From contig OX597833.1 of assembly GCA_951406725.2 (NCBI GenBank), positions 71,672,001-71,736,000 on the forward strand: a DNA stretch of 64,000 nucleotides, read 5' to 3'. A program made the position numbers and the translations under genes. Under the pieces are notes generated by a model. The model worked only from the letters and a program-made list of their open reading frames with translations. It had not been told where the DNA came from and ran no database searches. Positions 1 to 11,598 of the stretch are shown one piece after another (position 1 is the first letter of the stretch; every line of letters starts with the position of its first letter). The DNA is from Octopus vulgaris. Taxonomy: Eukaryota.

Positions 1-1550
1 AGAGAGGATAACAGAACAAAATAGCCAAGATTTCTATAATGAAATAAATGGAGTCAGTCCTGTCTGACACTACCTTCAGGTTTTTGAAAGAATGTTACTA
101 GCTCTGAGGACTTTCAATTAAGTGTCCTGTAATTTGGGGCCCTTTAATTTAAATATTTATATTCTAACAATTTTACATCAGAAGTTTCTCCCCCATTATG
201 TTATGTTTCCAAAAACCAACTTGATAAACAAATGTTATGGTATTTGCCAGTGTATAAGAAATGTTTTTTTTATATTTCTAAACTTATTAAAAAAAAACTG
301 CCCCTGTGAAGTGGTTACATCAACTCATACATCCTTCCCCCTGCATGCATAACCCACACCTGATATATGTCTTGTATTATTTAAGGACTGCGTTACATTG
401 AAGAATGTTTCTTTTTGTTATCATTTAAGTGGAAATTCCCCAAGAAAGGTGAAAGGAGTGTTTCGTTAACCTTTCATGCGCCCATCAGGATTTTGCAATG
501 AGTGGATGACACCAGAATCATAGCAGTGGTTCAGCACCCTGGTGGCAGATTGTTGTAACACAAAACATCACAATCAGTTTTTTGAACAAATATACACACG
601 AACTAAAGCGAGATAAATTTGAAATACAATACTTATATAACAGTTTATTTATAGTTCCAAACTTTATTCCTGTACACTGCCACCGTATTGTATCTACTTG
701 CACAGAATCATGCATTGCCCCACCCCGCCCACAAAATCTAAAAATGTCTTCAAATAAGCGTGTGATGAAACATGTGTTTTTCTCTGCAAAATATATTTGT
801 AAAATAGAGATGCATCTTACATGAGAGTGTGTCTTATATACCAGCAAATATCGTAATTTTGTTTAATTAATTCCTTCCAAATACTTTATTGCTTTTAAAT
901 TTAGCTCAAAAACAAATTGGACAGCATCTTTTTTGTTTTTTAGGAATATGGTCCAAAATGGGTTAAAGAATTTCCCGATTTCTAGTTCCATGTTCCATCT
1001 TTATTGTTTGAGAATCATATTGGAAAGGATTAAAAGGAATTCTCTTCAGCTTTGAGTAATTTAGAAAAGATCAATACATTAAAAATAGATGACTTTGAGA
1101 GAAAAGGAAAAGTTATGAGAAAAACTGACTTTAGAAAAATAAAAGCTGCTAATAATAATTGTAGGAATACAATTATACAAATTTGTAAGGGAAGGGCATG
1201 GTTGGCTAAACTGAAATCAGTACATGACAGACAGGTATTTATTTTATTGACCCTGGCAAGTTGAAAAACAAAATCAACCGTGGTGAGATTTGGACAGCAC
1301 AAGCCCAACGATAACAATGTTAAGAGTTAGAATAATCTCAGATAAAACCAGAACAATTTGCAGAATGGTGGTTCCCTCTTTCACTGGCTTTAAATGGACA
1401 TTATGATGAGAGAGGAAAGCCAGATGATGGATGAGATAGAAATGTCGTGTATAGCACCAAGTCAACCCTGATTAAACAGACCTATAATGAAAACATCAAT
1501 TGCTCAACAATGACTCAATATTTATGTGTGTGTGTGTGTGTGTGTATAAC

Positions 1551-1764
1551 TTTTACCGGGGAAAGGTTAACAGTAACTCTGAAGTTTTGGTTTCCTCACC
1601 TTTGTCAGACAGTCTGACAGAGGTGAGGAAACCAAAACTTCAAAGTTACTGTTAACCTCTCCTTTGTAAAAATTTAACAAACATTTACTCAATTATAAAA
1701 TATTAAACAATTCTTCAGTTTACTGTTAAATGGTTTTTATATATCTCTTGACATAAAAACACAC

Positions 1765-1770
<6 letters not shown>
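1551..1770 (+). mobile_element. Palindromic Penelope-like (pLTR) derivative with a decayed hammerhead
   Basis: 60-bp inverted arms (1551-1610 / 1612-1671) plus a single-copy tail, between (TG)n and (TA)n. Right arm: cagt-CTGACAG-aggt-gaggaa-acc-AAAA-cttcaaag-TT-actg, i.e. hammerhead topology with CpG-type decay. Confidence 0.7.
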
Positions 1771-1805
<35 letters not shown>

Positions 1806-1808
<3 letters not shown>

Positions 1809-1925
1809 AATTGAGGTAGGGGTTGTAAATGCAACCCTCCATGGGATAACATATATCCAATATACTGCTAGTAAAGCACCCAACAAAGTTAATACATAAA
1901 TGTTAAGGATTGCAATGCAATCAAT
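1806..1925 (-). repeat. (TA)n-abutting dispersed repeat, inverse copy of 61147-61266
   Basis: The reverse complement matches 61147-61266 (atgaattaattgcatcgc...ccatggagggttg...acaacccct); both copies end at a (TA)n tract. Confidence 0.75.
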
Positions 1926-2884
1926 TCATTGCTACCCCACTAGCTAAGCAAACAGGGCAACATTCCCCCTGATTGTGAGGCTAGCCCATTGCAGGGTGAC
2001 TCATTTGCACCTGAGTGAACTAGAGAAACATGAAATGAATTGCTTGTTCAAAAACACAATGTACCACCTAGTCCAGGAATTGAACCCACAATCTAGCTTT
2101 CGTGAGTGCAATTCCCTAATTACTAGGCCACATGCCTTCACACACACACACATCTACACACACTTTTAACTTGAGTTAAAGACATTTCAGTAATTTCGTG
2201 TATGTAATTTGTGTCAGAATTGAGACAATTGAGTTAAAGAGAGCGAAGCCATTATTATGTCAAGGTGAAGGACAGGTAATTAAGAAGATTGTGAAATTGA
2301 TTGAAGCAACAAATGAAGAATGATGTGAAAGTTGCAAGCTTTCAGAAAATACAAAGTGCAAATCTATAAATTTTAACAATTTGCACTTAATATTCCATAA
2401 TCGAAGAAATTAAGCAACTTGTCTTTCTAGTTGAAACCAAAAAACCCAAAAATACTCCCAAAACTCCGAAATAAAAGCAATAATAAGGTAATGTATTTGT
2501 TGGCATAAAAGACACTTGACCATCTTAAATGCACTCCCAATTTTGACAGCACATGGTCAGAAAAAAAAGCATTTAGTGTATTAAAGCATGTAGACCCTGG
2601 ATGATACTTTGAGACAATATTTCTTTGGAAGTAAGTGTATGCCACTAAATATAGTAATTACTCATTAAAAAAATAAAATTTTTTTGTATGTATGTTTTTG
2701 ATGAGATTAAAATGACAAAGCTTTACTGATGGGAAATGATACCATTGAGAAAGAGACAGAAGAAGCTAAGAATGGCGGAGAAAGCCCGAATAAAATACCA
2801 TCTTGGTTACCAGGAGTTTTTATAGAATTAAAAAATAGTGCAAGCAAAGGAATGGGTGAGAGACAAAGACTTGAGGAAGCTGTT

Positions 2885-3669
2885 CTAGATTAGTGCTGCA
2901 GGCCGTCGACATCGGAAGTGATTCCAAATTGTTGAAACAATTTTATATAGAAGACCACCACAGAAGAGGGCCAGTACAACTATCATGAATATACCAATAC
3001 GAGACAAGTCCTCTATATCAACATGTTCATCAACAACGCCATAGAGGGCAACCACCAGTACTATATAAGGTGTGATGACGTAAATAGTATGTTTCTCAAA
3101 GATAATCATGTCTGCTGAAATAATTGCCGCACCAATAAAAAGCAGGATGATAAGGATAACTGTATCTCCATTAAAGTCCCATGCATAAGTCATTGCTATA
3201 TTGAGATTCAGGTTTGTGGCTACGGTCAACCATGTAGCATAACAGGCAATGCCGTTGAACATTAGGAGTTGGATGAGCCAGAAGTGAAGCTTGAATTCCT
3301 CTCGGGCTATGTTTTGCATTCCCTTCTTGAACGCGTACATAGCTATGCATAGGCATGCAACGGCAGTTATTGCCAATGCAAGGAGAACAAAGAGAGCAGC
3401 AACAATGTGCTTTCGGTCAAAGAGAATGAGCCAAGTGAAATTGAGGATCAAGTTGATGCTGTAAAGGATGAAAAAGATGCTAGGTGCAAATACATCATGT
3501 TTATACAAGTAATCACCATCCCATTTAATGAAGATAGCAGCATGGCAGTAGATGATCCAGGCAGCCATCCAGAAGTAGATTACTCCCCAGATGCCAAAGG
3601 TCCATCGAGCTGGAGTGACCCCAGTCATAAACTCATTAGATACATTTGACATGGTGGTTGTGTAGATAC
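2885..3669 (-). CDS. Terminal coding exon B (7 TM), paralogue of exon A; with the 30.3 kb exon gives 296 aa
   Basis: Acceptor cgtctttctag|GTATCTACAC at 3670/3669, phase 1. Reads (G)IYTTTMSNVSNEFMTGVTPARWTFGIWGVIYFWMAAW...NGIACYATW...PYIVLV...IWNHFRCRRPAALI-TAG(2887-2885). 106+785=891 nt, in frame. Collinear with exon A over its whole length. Confidence 0.9.
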
Positions 3670-4019
3670 CTAGAAAGACGAAAAAGAAAGACACAAATAT
3701 CAGGAAAGACAAAGTAATCAACTAAGGAGGAAAATATCGTTTTTTATTTTTTTACATAGTGAAAACTGGCCATGCTGGAGCAAAACCACAAACACATGCA
3801 AAAATAAAACCCAGTGTCTTTTTAAAAAGACTAGAAGCCACATCATGATGCATTCGAAACAGATGTTAGGATATTGATTGTGCCGAGAAACTTTTGGAAG
3901 AAAACAACATTGAACAACAATTAAAAAGTAAATAGAGATAAAGACTTTTGGTTTATTAACTGGTTCGATCTTGAAGAAGGGGCATTGCCAAGGCCTTCAC
4001 AAGGTCAGTGAGACGAATA

Positions 4020-4210
4020 TGCTTGATTGATGTTCTGAAACTGCAACGAGGAGGGAGTTCCAGAGGGATAACATTCTGAAGAATAAGGACTGGATAGAGT
4101 GGTTAATGTAAGGCTGGGTAAGAGTTACACCTGGACTGCTCATTTCAAGAAGACCTCTATTATCAAAGGCATTCTCTCTTCCTTGGAATAGGGAACTAAG
4201 AGCCATATTT
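4020..4210 (-). mobile_element. Degraded CR1/Jockey-type LINE 3' fragment
   Basis: Minus-frame peptide SIQSLFFRMLSLWNSL resembles the conserved FF.R....WN.LP C-terminus of CR1/L2/Jockey ORF2. Confidence 0.4.
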
Positions 4211-4255
4211 TCTATGACAGATATGATGTTACTTCACACCAACATACTACACACA

Positions 4256-4306
4256 CACTGGGCTATTACATGTGGAGAATTGTTGAGAGAGAGGTCAATG
4301 AACACA
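4256..4306 (+). mobile_element. Small fragment of the same maT transposase (YYMWRIVEREVNEH)
   Basis: Closely matches 5662-5710. Confidence 0.7.
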
Positions 4307-4327
4307 CACGTGTGTGTGTGTGTATAT

Positions 4328-4355
<28 letters not shown>

Positions 4356-4358
<3 letters not shown>

Positions 4359-4710
4359 CAAGGATGTTTGCAAAAGGGACATGAAGGCCTGCAACATCAA
4401 TATTAGTGGTTGGGAGGCAGTTGCCGGCAACCGTGGAGAATGGCGACGTACCGTAAAAGGGAATACAAAGGAGTGACAGAGAGAGGAGAAATGGAAAGAA
4501 AAGAAGAGACGTCAACAAGAAACTATAGCATTACAACCAGCCAGGAACAGTTTTCGCTACATTTGCGGTACCTGCCTGCCAGAGGGAGTTTGTCCAGGAT
4601 AGGACTACACAGCCACAGCAGGAAATGTATCAGGACATGATATGTAAAAGCCGGACTAGACTACTTTATGTGCAACTCCATTGTCTCCCGAGACAAAAAG
4701 GATGCCAACA

Positions 4711-4712
<2 letters not shown>
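4356..4712 (+). mobile_element. RTE (BovB-like) LINE 3' fragment
   Basis: YKDVCKRDMKACNINISGWEAVAGNRGEWRRTVK, then C-terminal zinc-finger remnant SRIGLHSHSRKC and a short 3' tail; flanked by (TA)n. Confidence 0.75.
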
Positions 4713-4741
<29 letters not shown>

Positions 4742-5968
4742 CAGGATGCATAATGTATTTGAAGAAATACCTTTTTCAGGTCATTGCTGCATGTTTTGCT
4801 CATTCTGTGTTATCTTTGTTTCAGAAAATAATAATGGTAGGCCCTCAGCTTACTCAAGAAATGAAGAGGCATGCTGTTATTGTGGTTATAATGGCTGAGC
4901 ATAACGATTTAGAAATATCTTGGTTTTTTTAAAAATTACCAGATCTTTCATCTTCAAAGTTTGTAAGGAGTTAGAGACTAAAGATGGAAACGTATCAAAA
5001 CATAAAAAGCATTCTATATGCTCTGAAATCAGAGCATATACCTGAATTTATCCAGCAAGTTCAACAGACCATTGATTACTATCCCAGAAAGTCCATGAGG
5101 TCAATTGCAAAAGATCTCCACATGGCAGAAGGAACAATCAGAAATGTTGGCCACAAAGACATCAGATATAAGTCTTATATGGTGAGGAAAGGTTACTTTG
5201 TCAGAAAAAGCAAAAGAAAATCACTACATCAGATCTAAAAGGCTCTTAAACAAACTGAAAAATCCAGCAGAAAAAGATTTGATTTGGTTTTTCTCAAATG
5301 AGAAAAACTTCGACCAAGATCAAAAAGTTAACAGAAGCAATGACATGGTTATGTGCAGACCCGTTTGAAGTTCCGAGTGTTATGCATACAAAATTTCCTG
5401 CAACTGTCAAGGTTTTTAGAGTTGTCAGCAATGAAGGACATGTGATGCCTCCTTCTTTCCACAAGGTCTTAGAGTTAACATTGAGATCTTGGAAATAATT
5501 AAGACCTTCATAGATAGTGTATACAATGGAGGGCCATATGTGTTTCAGTAAGACTCTGTACTATCACACATGACTCTAGTAACACAGGAATGTATAACTG
5601 AAAATTTTCATGATCACATAACCCCTAAGATTTGGCCTCCTAATTCCCCAGATCTCAATTCATTGGACTATTACATGTGGAGCATTGTCGAGAGAGGGGT
5701 CAATGAACATACCCATAAGACCAAAGATTCTTTGAAAGCTGCCATAATCAAAGTAATGTCCAAAATGAACCAGGACCACTTGATTCGAGCATGGAGATGA
5801 TTTAGATCTCATATAGAAGCAGTTGTTGGAGCTGAAGATGGCTTTATTGAATAACATTCTAGAAAAGGAGGTTTATTTTTATCCTCATAGCAGTTTTTGA
5901 TAAGTAAAGTTATTATATATCTGTTTTTTATAAACATAAATCTATCCTCAAATATCTTAGGCACCCTG
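4742..5968 (+). mobile_element. Tc1/mariner maT (DD37D) transposon, full-length but pseudogenised
   Basis: Imperfect TIRs cagg(a/g)tgc(a/c)taa..tatttga at both ends, TA at 4740-4741. Frameshifted transposase: SMRSIAKDLHMAEGTIRN, HTKFPATVKVFRVVSNEGHVMPP, and Q*DS...WPPNSPDLNSLDYYMW with 37 residues between the 2nd and 3rd Asp. Confidence 0.9.
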
Positions 5969-6117
5969 TGGATGTATGATTGACAGCTAAATCCACAAGA
6001 TTTTTTTTTTCTCTCTCTGTTTATTTCCTCGTGTTCCTTTCTTTTGAAGAGCGTAGGCTCTAAACAAAAGACTTTCTCACCTTCATAAGCATCAAACTAA
6101 TACACCTGTATTCATTT

Positions 6118-6380
6118 TTGCTGCCTGACTGGCTCCCATGTCAGTGGCATGTAAAAAGCACCATTCAAACGTGGTCGATGCCAGTACCCCCTGACTGGCA
6201 TGAAAAAAGCACCCACTACACTCTCAGAGTGGTTGGTGTTAGGAAGGGCTCCCAACTGTAGAAACTCTGCCAGATCACATTGGATCCTGGTGCAGCCTTC
6301 TGGCTCACCAGTCCTCAGTTGAACTGTCCAACCCATGCTAGCATGGAAAATGGACGTTAAACGATGACGACAATGGTGAT
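6118..6380 (+). mobile_element. 5'-truncated copy of the RTE 3'UTR / RTE-tailed SINE
   Basis: Matches 23640-23888 (aaaagcacccactacactc...aacccatgctagcatggaaa...gatgat tail). Confidence 0.8.
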
Positions 6381-6399
6381 ATATATAGATATATGAAAG

Positions 6400-6520
6400 A
6401 AAATGGCACTCAACACATTTGATAGGTGTTACCTATATTATTTAATGATAGTTTCATTTAGCTCCATGTGACTTAAAGTTTTGTGGGTTCATAGAACAAA
6501 CCCATCTTATTAGATATCAA
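6400..6520 (-). mobile_element. Solo Penelope-like end with a decayed hammerhead, same family as 22611-22720
   Basis: Minus: CTAATAA-gatgggt..acccac-AAAA-ctttaag-TC; homologous to 22668-22720; abuts a TA-rich tract. Confidence 0.5.
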
Positions 6521-7132
6521 GAAAAGGGCAATGGGTTTTGAGAGAAACTCAAGAAGGCCTCTCTTGGTCAACACTGCTTAAGGAATTACCAGCTGCTGGC
6601 AGCTGACAGTCCATATATACCACTCTGCACCTGGTTGCCCCACATACAAGGGTAGGGTAGTTAACCCTTGCTGCTTGTATAGACTACAACCCCACTCATG
6701 CTGACCATCCAGCCTCGAGCTTTAACCTAGCAACATCAAATCTGGTTACTCCTACGTAAAGACTACTGTGAATGTATTTAAGCTCCATTGAGAAGCCACA
6801 GAGCTACTAACACAACAATGCCCCCACCTTACCAAGTGTGGTATGAAATGCAGTGAACTGGTGTTGCTGGTTACACTATACTACAGCCTGCAGACATAGT
6901 GGTGACAGATGCCTGCCAACATCCTATTCAAGCATGAGGGCCCAAGGAAAAAAAAAAGAAAAGAACCCCTGTCACTTCAACAGCAATATCACTACATGAC
7001 CTGAGTTGACAAAAGAAACCGAACATCTAGAAGCCATCCTGAATTTGTCCCAAATCTCATTTCTCTTTTCAGCCTGTTATTATATATATATATATACACG
7101 TATGTGTGTTAGTGTGTGTATATATATATATA

Positions 7133-7427
7133 TCTTTATATATAAAATTGAAGTTGTGTGTGTGAGACTCTGACTCCTCCGATTTAGATTCCTAGCTACT
7201 CCCACATTTTGCGGTGCAGTTTAACCAAAAGCGGGTATCTTATATTCGTCATTCACATCGAGCCCATCTGAGTATTAGCGCGTCTACGATGAGTCTACGA
7301 TTTAAACAAAAATTTTCCCGCATTTTTAATGATTTTTGCTCGGGTTATATAAGGGAAGTAACTCTCTAAAAATGCTTATATAGTTATTTCCCTTACAAAC
7401 CCGAGCAACGCCGGGTGATACTGCTAG
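7133..7427 (+). mobile_element. Non-autonomous Helitron
   Basis: A|TC at 7132/7133, subterminal hairpin cccgagcaacgccggg, CTAG|T at 7424-7428; second copy at 52329-52706. Confidence 0.85.
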
Positions 7428-7454
7428 TATATATATATATATATGATACATATT

Positions 7455-7671
7455 TGAGTGGGGTGCTGTAAAGTTCCTGGCTTTAAGGCTATCGCAAAAG
7501 GCCTGGTTGGAGGCCCATATTCTCAGTTCTTTTAAAGAGCATAGAAAAACTGAAGGACTGCTGCAATAAGTGTGTGAATCTGAGAGGGGAATATGTTGAA
7601 TAAAATCATAATCAACTCAACCTCCTCTATTTTCTTTTACCCAAAGCCAGAAACTTTTCACCACCACCTTG
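7455..7671 (+). mobile_element. Mariner-derived MITE
   Basis: Imperfect TIRs (ggggtgctgtaaagttcctggcttt / aaagccagaaacttttcaccaccacc) around a transposase C-terminal remnant EKLKDCCNKCVNLRGEYVE*. Confidence 0.75.
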
Positions 7672-8210
7672 TACACACACACACACACACACACCAGTAG
7701 GTTGATATTTATGTCGTATATTAGCAATGTATCTATACTTTGTGTGATAGTCAGACTACCATTGCCTCCATGTTGAGAGAGATATTTCTCAACAGCTATT
7801 CATGTCTGTCACATGGGATGCTGGTGTTCATCTCTATCTTGGATAAAACACCTTGTGACAGACTTCAATGGAAGCAATGGGAGTCCAGATATCCTATGAA
7901 AAAGAAAAAAAAATCCACCAATGTGGTGCTCAGCACTCTTCTCACTGCTCAGTATTAACGTGAATATATACATATATATATATAAACTTTGGACACTCGG
8001 CCAGTTTATATATATAGCATTATTAAATCTCAGAGCGCGGTGCGTATCACTAAGGCTTACGAGGAAGGGATGGCTTCCCTTTGCAAATACCTGAAGGGTA
8101 CAGAAAGTGTGTCTAAAGCCAGCTGGAGATGTCGATCTCCTGGGGCTAAAAGCTACAGTAACACCCCCACTTTGTGGTTAACCATATTGAGATGGCTTTT
8201 ATACTTTACG

Positions 8211-8278
<68 letters not shown>

Positions 8279-8970
8279 TCAGTGTTTCGATGTCCACTTC
8301 TCTATGCTTGCATGTTTTGATTGTACTTTACCAACGCATATTTTTTATGGCAGGATGCCCTTCCTGTTGCCAACCCTTACATGCTTCCAAGCAAGGTAAA
8401 TATTTCCTCATTGCCAGTGCCAGACTTGTTCTTACAGAATATTGGAAATGAATGACACTGCTTGTATGACAGTGACACTCGTTTACAGCTGTTACATGGT
8501 GTCAATACAGGGAGACACTTAACACACACACACACACACAACCAAATTCACTCAAAAGTTTTGTTGGCCCAGGACTATAGTAAAAGACATTTCTCTAAGG
8601 TGCCATGCAGTGGGACTGAACCAGGAACCCTGCAACTGGGAAGCAGACTTCTTAAACCACGCTGCCACACCTGTGCTTGTGTGTGTAAATGCTATCAACC
8701 TAGAATTACCTCAACCCGTATTCCAGGTCACACTGCCATTGAGCACAGCCAAGAAATGCACCCACTTCTCCCTACCAGTACATCAAGGCCTACCCACGAC
8801 CACCCCCAAGTCTTCTGGCAATGAACTATCAGTTGCACATTCAGCACCTGACTCTTCGTCTCAAGTTCCTCTTTGCTCACTTGATTACAGCCTCACATTT
8901 TCAGTCCATTCCCTGACGAATGAACCACAGATTTATTTTCATCTCTCTCACTTTTTTCACCTAACATTAT

Positions 8971-9390
8971 GCTGAGCAGAAGCATTCGCACGCTGGGTGA
9001 AATGCTTACGGTCTGAGTTCAAATTCTGCGGAGGTCGACGTTGCCTTTCATCCTTTCAGGGTCGATAAATTAACCCTTTCGTTACTATATTTATTTTGAG
9101 ATGCTATGTGTTTCTTTCAATTACTTTAAATATAACAAAGAATTTAGTAAAATAACTTCATTATCATTAAGCTGGAGTTAGGAACATAAATTGTGACTAA
9201 GGTTTGGTGGAAGATTTTTAATTCAAAACTTATGAAAACAAGACATTTGTACTACAGAGCCAGAAGTGTTTTCAGCTGGGTTGGTAATGAAAGGGTTAAA
9301 TACCAGTCGCATATTGGGGTTAATCTTATTGACTACCCCCCCCCCCCTCACCCCACCAAATTTTCGGACCTTGTGCCTAGAGTAGAATAG
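8971..9390 (+). mobile_element. tRNA-derived SINE (family 2) interrupted by a piggyBac-type MITE
   Basis: B-box gagttcaaattc; body gcctttcatcctttc.gggtcgataaa(TTAA)...taccagt; homologous to 25938-26142. Confidence 0.8.
9074..9295. mobile_element. piggyBac-type MITE
   Basis: TTAA duplications at 9070-9073 and 9296-9299; TIRs CCCTTTCGTTAC / GTAATGAAAGGG. An older relative lies at ~43285-43505. Confidence 0.85.
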
Positions 9391-9666
9391 GCACATGCTG
9401 AACCCCTACACTAGGGATCTGAGATGTTTTGGCACCACAGACATACCTGACACATTTCTTACTGTTTCTCTCCCTCTCCCTCTCTCTGCCGGTGAGCATA
9501 TTTCTCTTTGTGTCTCTGGGCAGGGGCAGGCAAGTGTTCCTGTCAGTTGTCCTTCATTAATAAACTGCAATAGGTGTCTCTCTCCCTCCCTCCCTCCCTC
9601 TCTGCTCATGCGTGAGCATCCAGTTGTGCTTACACATATAAACGTTCCTCTCTACCTGTACACCTT

Positions 9667-10004
9667 TCATCTTTTACTAGTTTCAGTCATTAGGCTGTGG
9701 CCATGCTGGGGCAATGCTTTGGTCAAATGAATCAACTTCACTACTAATTTTCTTTTATTTTTTAAAAGCCTGGTGCCTATTCTATCAGTCTCTTTTGCTG
9801 AACTGCTAAATTATGGAGACATAAACACACCAACACTGGTTGTTAAGCTGTGATGGGACACACTCACACACACACACATATATGATGGGCTTCTTTCAGT
9901 TTCCGTCTATCAAATTCACTCACAACGCTTTGGTTGGCCCAAGGCTATAGTAGAAGACACTTGCCCAAGGTGCCATGCAGTGGGATTGAACCATGCTTGC
10001 ACCT
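9667..10004 (-). mobile_element. tRNA-derived CORE-type SINE (family 1)
   Basis: Reverse complement of 33422-33820 (ggcaccttgggcaagtgtctt core). Partial copies at 8540-8676, 10868-11028, 11600-11760, 29804-29960, 35178-35355 and 45944-46100. Confidence 0.8.
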
Positions 10005-10157
10005 ATGTATATATTTCTGTACACGTATGTGTGTGTGTGTTTAGCTGTCACAAGAACCGGTTGAGCGTCCAGTCTGCTTTATCAAATCATCAACATCCAA
10101 ACAGCTGACCCCTTCTCTCTCATTCTGTCCTGTACTTTACTTTAATTACCATTTTGG

Positions 10158-10362
10158 TTTCCATTTTTGGCACAAGGCCAGTAATTTCGGGGGAGAGTGG
10201 TAAGTCAATTACATTGACCCCTTCCCCACCAATGCTCAACTGGGTCTTATTTCATCGACCCGAAAAGGGATGAAAGTCAAAGTTGACCTCAGCGGAATTT
10301 GAACTTGGATGAAATGCCTCCAAGCATTTTGGCAAACCAGCGATTCTGCCAGCTTGCCGCCT
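10158..10362 (-). mobile_element. tRNA-derived SINE (family 2)
   Basis: Reverse complement of 25938-26142. Further copies at 15068-15280, 15298-15510, 20293-20490, 20949-21152, 27570-27747, 38039-38248 and 44146-44357. Confidence 0.8.
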
Positions 10363-11376
10363 TAGTTTAATTACCATATTAACACCCATTAGCATCACCA
10401 TTGGTTCAATATTTGTTGCTGTCTTTGCAGTGGAATGGTTTCAATAGAAAAACATTCAGCCGCACTCATTCTTACCTGTTATTAGTTTGACATTGTGTGA
10501 TGTCTCAATTTCCTCCTCCCTCATCCAACTGCATTCTCTTCTTGCTTCCTAAACCAATTCCTACCTTCTCTATTATTCTGAGTTATTTGGTCCTAATGCT
10601 GACCATCTCATCCCAGATCATTTTTAGTCGGTCCTCCTTACCTTCAACTACCAACATTAACTTCTCAAACTCTCCAATCCGATAATTTTAACCTAAATCT
10701 TTCTCAGTCCATCTGACTAACCCTAAACTCAACTCTCAGAGCCCCTAACTTCTATCAGTCTTTTCTCTCCATTGACCCTTCACTACACTTTCTTACCCAA
10801 CACCTGCCATTTACATGCATTGCTGTATCTTCCTTATCTTTTACTGGTTCCAGTCATGGATATATAAGCCATGGCAGGCTTCCACACAGTTTCTGTCTAC
10901 CAGATCCACTCAAAAGGAACTGGCTTATTCTAGAAAACACTTGGCCAAGGTGCCACATAGTGGGACTGAACTTGAAACCAGGTAGTTGCAAAGTGAGCTT
11001 CTTAACCACACAGCCATATCCACACCTGTATAAACAATTCCTAAGATTCTGGTGGTAGCTGTTGTATAACCCCTGGTCAGCCCTGGTGGAGTAACTCCAT
11101 GCTCAAAGATGTTCCTACTCTCTGCTGCTTATTCATACAAGACTCCATTATCCAATGTGTCTTTCTTTCTTTTTTATGGTAGGATGTCATTTCAGGATGA
11201 TTTGGCTACTGTTTCTAACAGGACAAACAACCATAAAAGGACTAGTGCCAGTCTTTCTTATGAAACACTTCCTTGAGGACCCAATTTCTGCTCCCAACAG
11301 CTAGATGAATTGAAGGACATAGGATTAAGGGTGTGGATCAAATGTTTTGTAATGGATTTAAATTTAAGATTTATTA

Positions 11377-11598
11377 GGCACGTGATCGATGCCAGGCCCT
11401 CCTGACTAGCTCCTGTGCCGGTGGCACATAAAAAGCACCCACTACACTCTCAGAGTGGTTGGCATTAGGAAGGGCATGCAGCTGTAGAAACATTGCCAGA
11501 TTAGACTGGAGCCTGGTGCAGCCGCTGACTCTCCAGACCTCAGTCAAACCGTCCAACCCATGCCAGCATAGAAAAAGGCTGTTAAACGATGATGATGA
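11377..11598 (+). mobile_element. RTE 3'UTR-derived copy
   Basis: Matches 23640-23888 and ends in (GAT)n. Confidence 0.8.

Noticed and set aside
3670-3721. N-terminal MITLSFLIFVSFFFVFL of the 278-aa ORF as a signal peptide or TM1
   Set aside because: It starts at a TTG rather than an ATG and is the translated polypyrimidine tract of the acceptor; homology with exon A begins exactly at the AG|GT boundary.
6035-6110. ttgaagagcgtaggctctaaac as another hammerhead
   Set aside because: The hairpin gagc-gtag-gctc is present but both core boxes deviate, so it cannot be supported from this copy alone.
6828-6935. Minus-strand donor TTG|GTAAGG at 6833 as a first exon for exon B
   Set aside because: The phase-1 frame has a stop 15 codons upstream with no ATG or hydrophobic segment.
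10471-10530. Donor ACAG|GTAAGA at 10476 as a coding first exon
   Set aside because: The in-frame peptide (MREEEIETSHNVKLIT) is hydrophilic and unrelated to TM1; kept only as a possible non-homologous or UTR exon.
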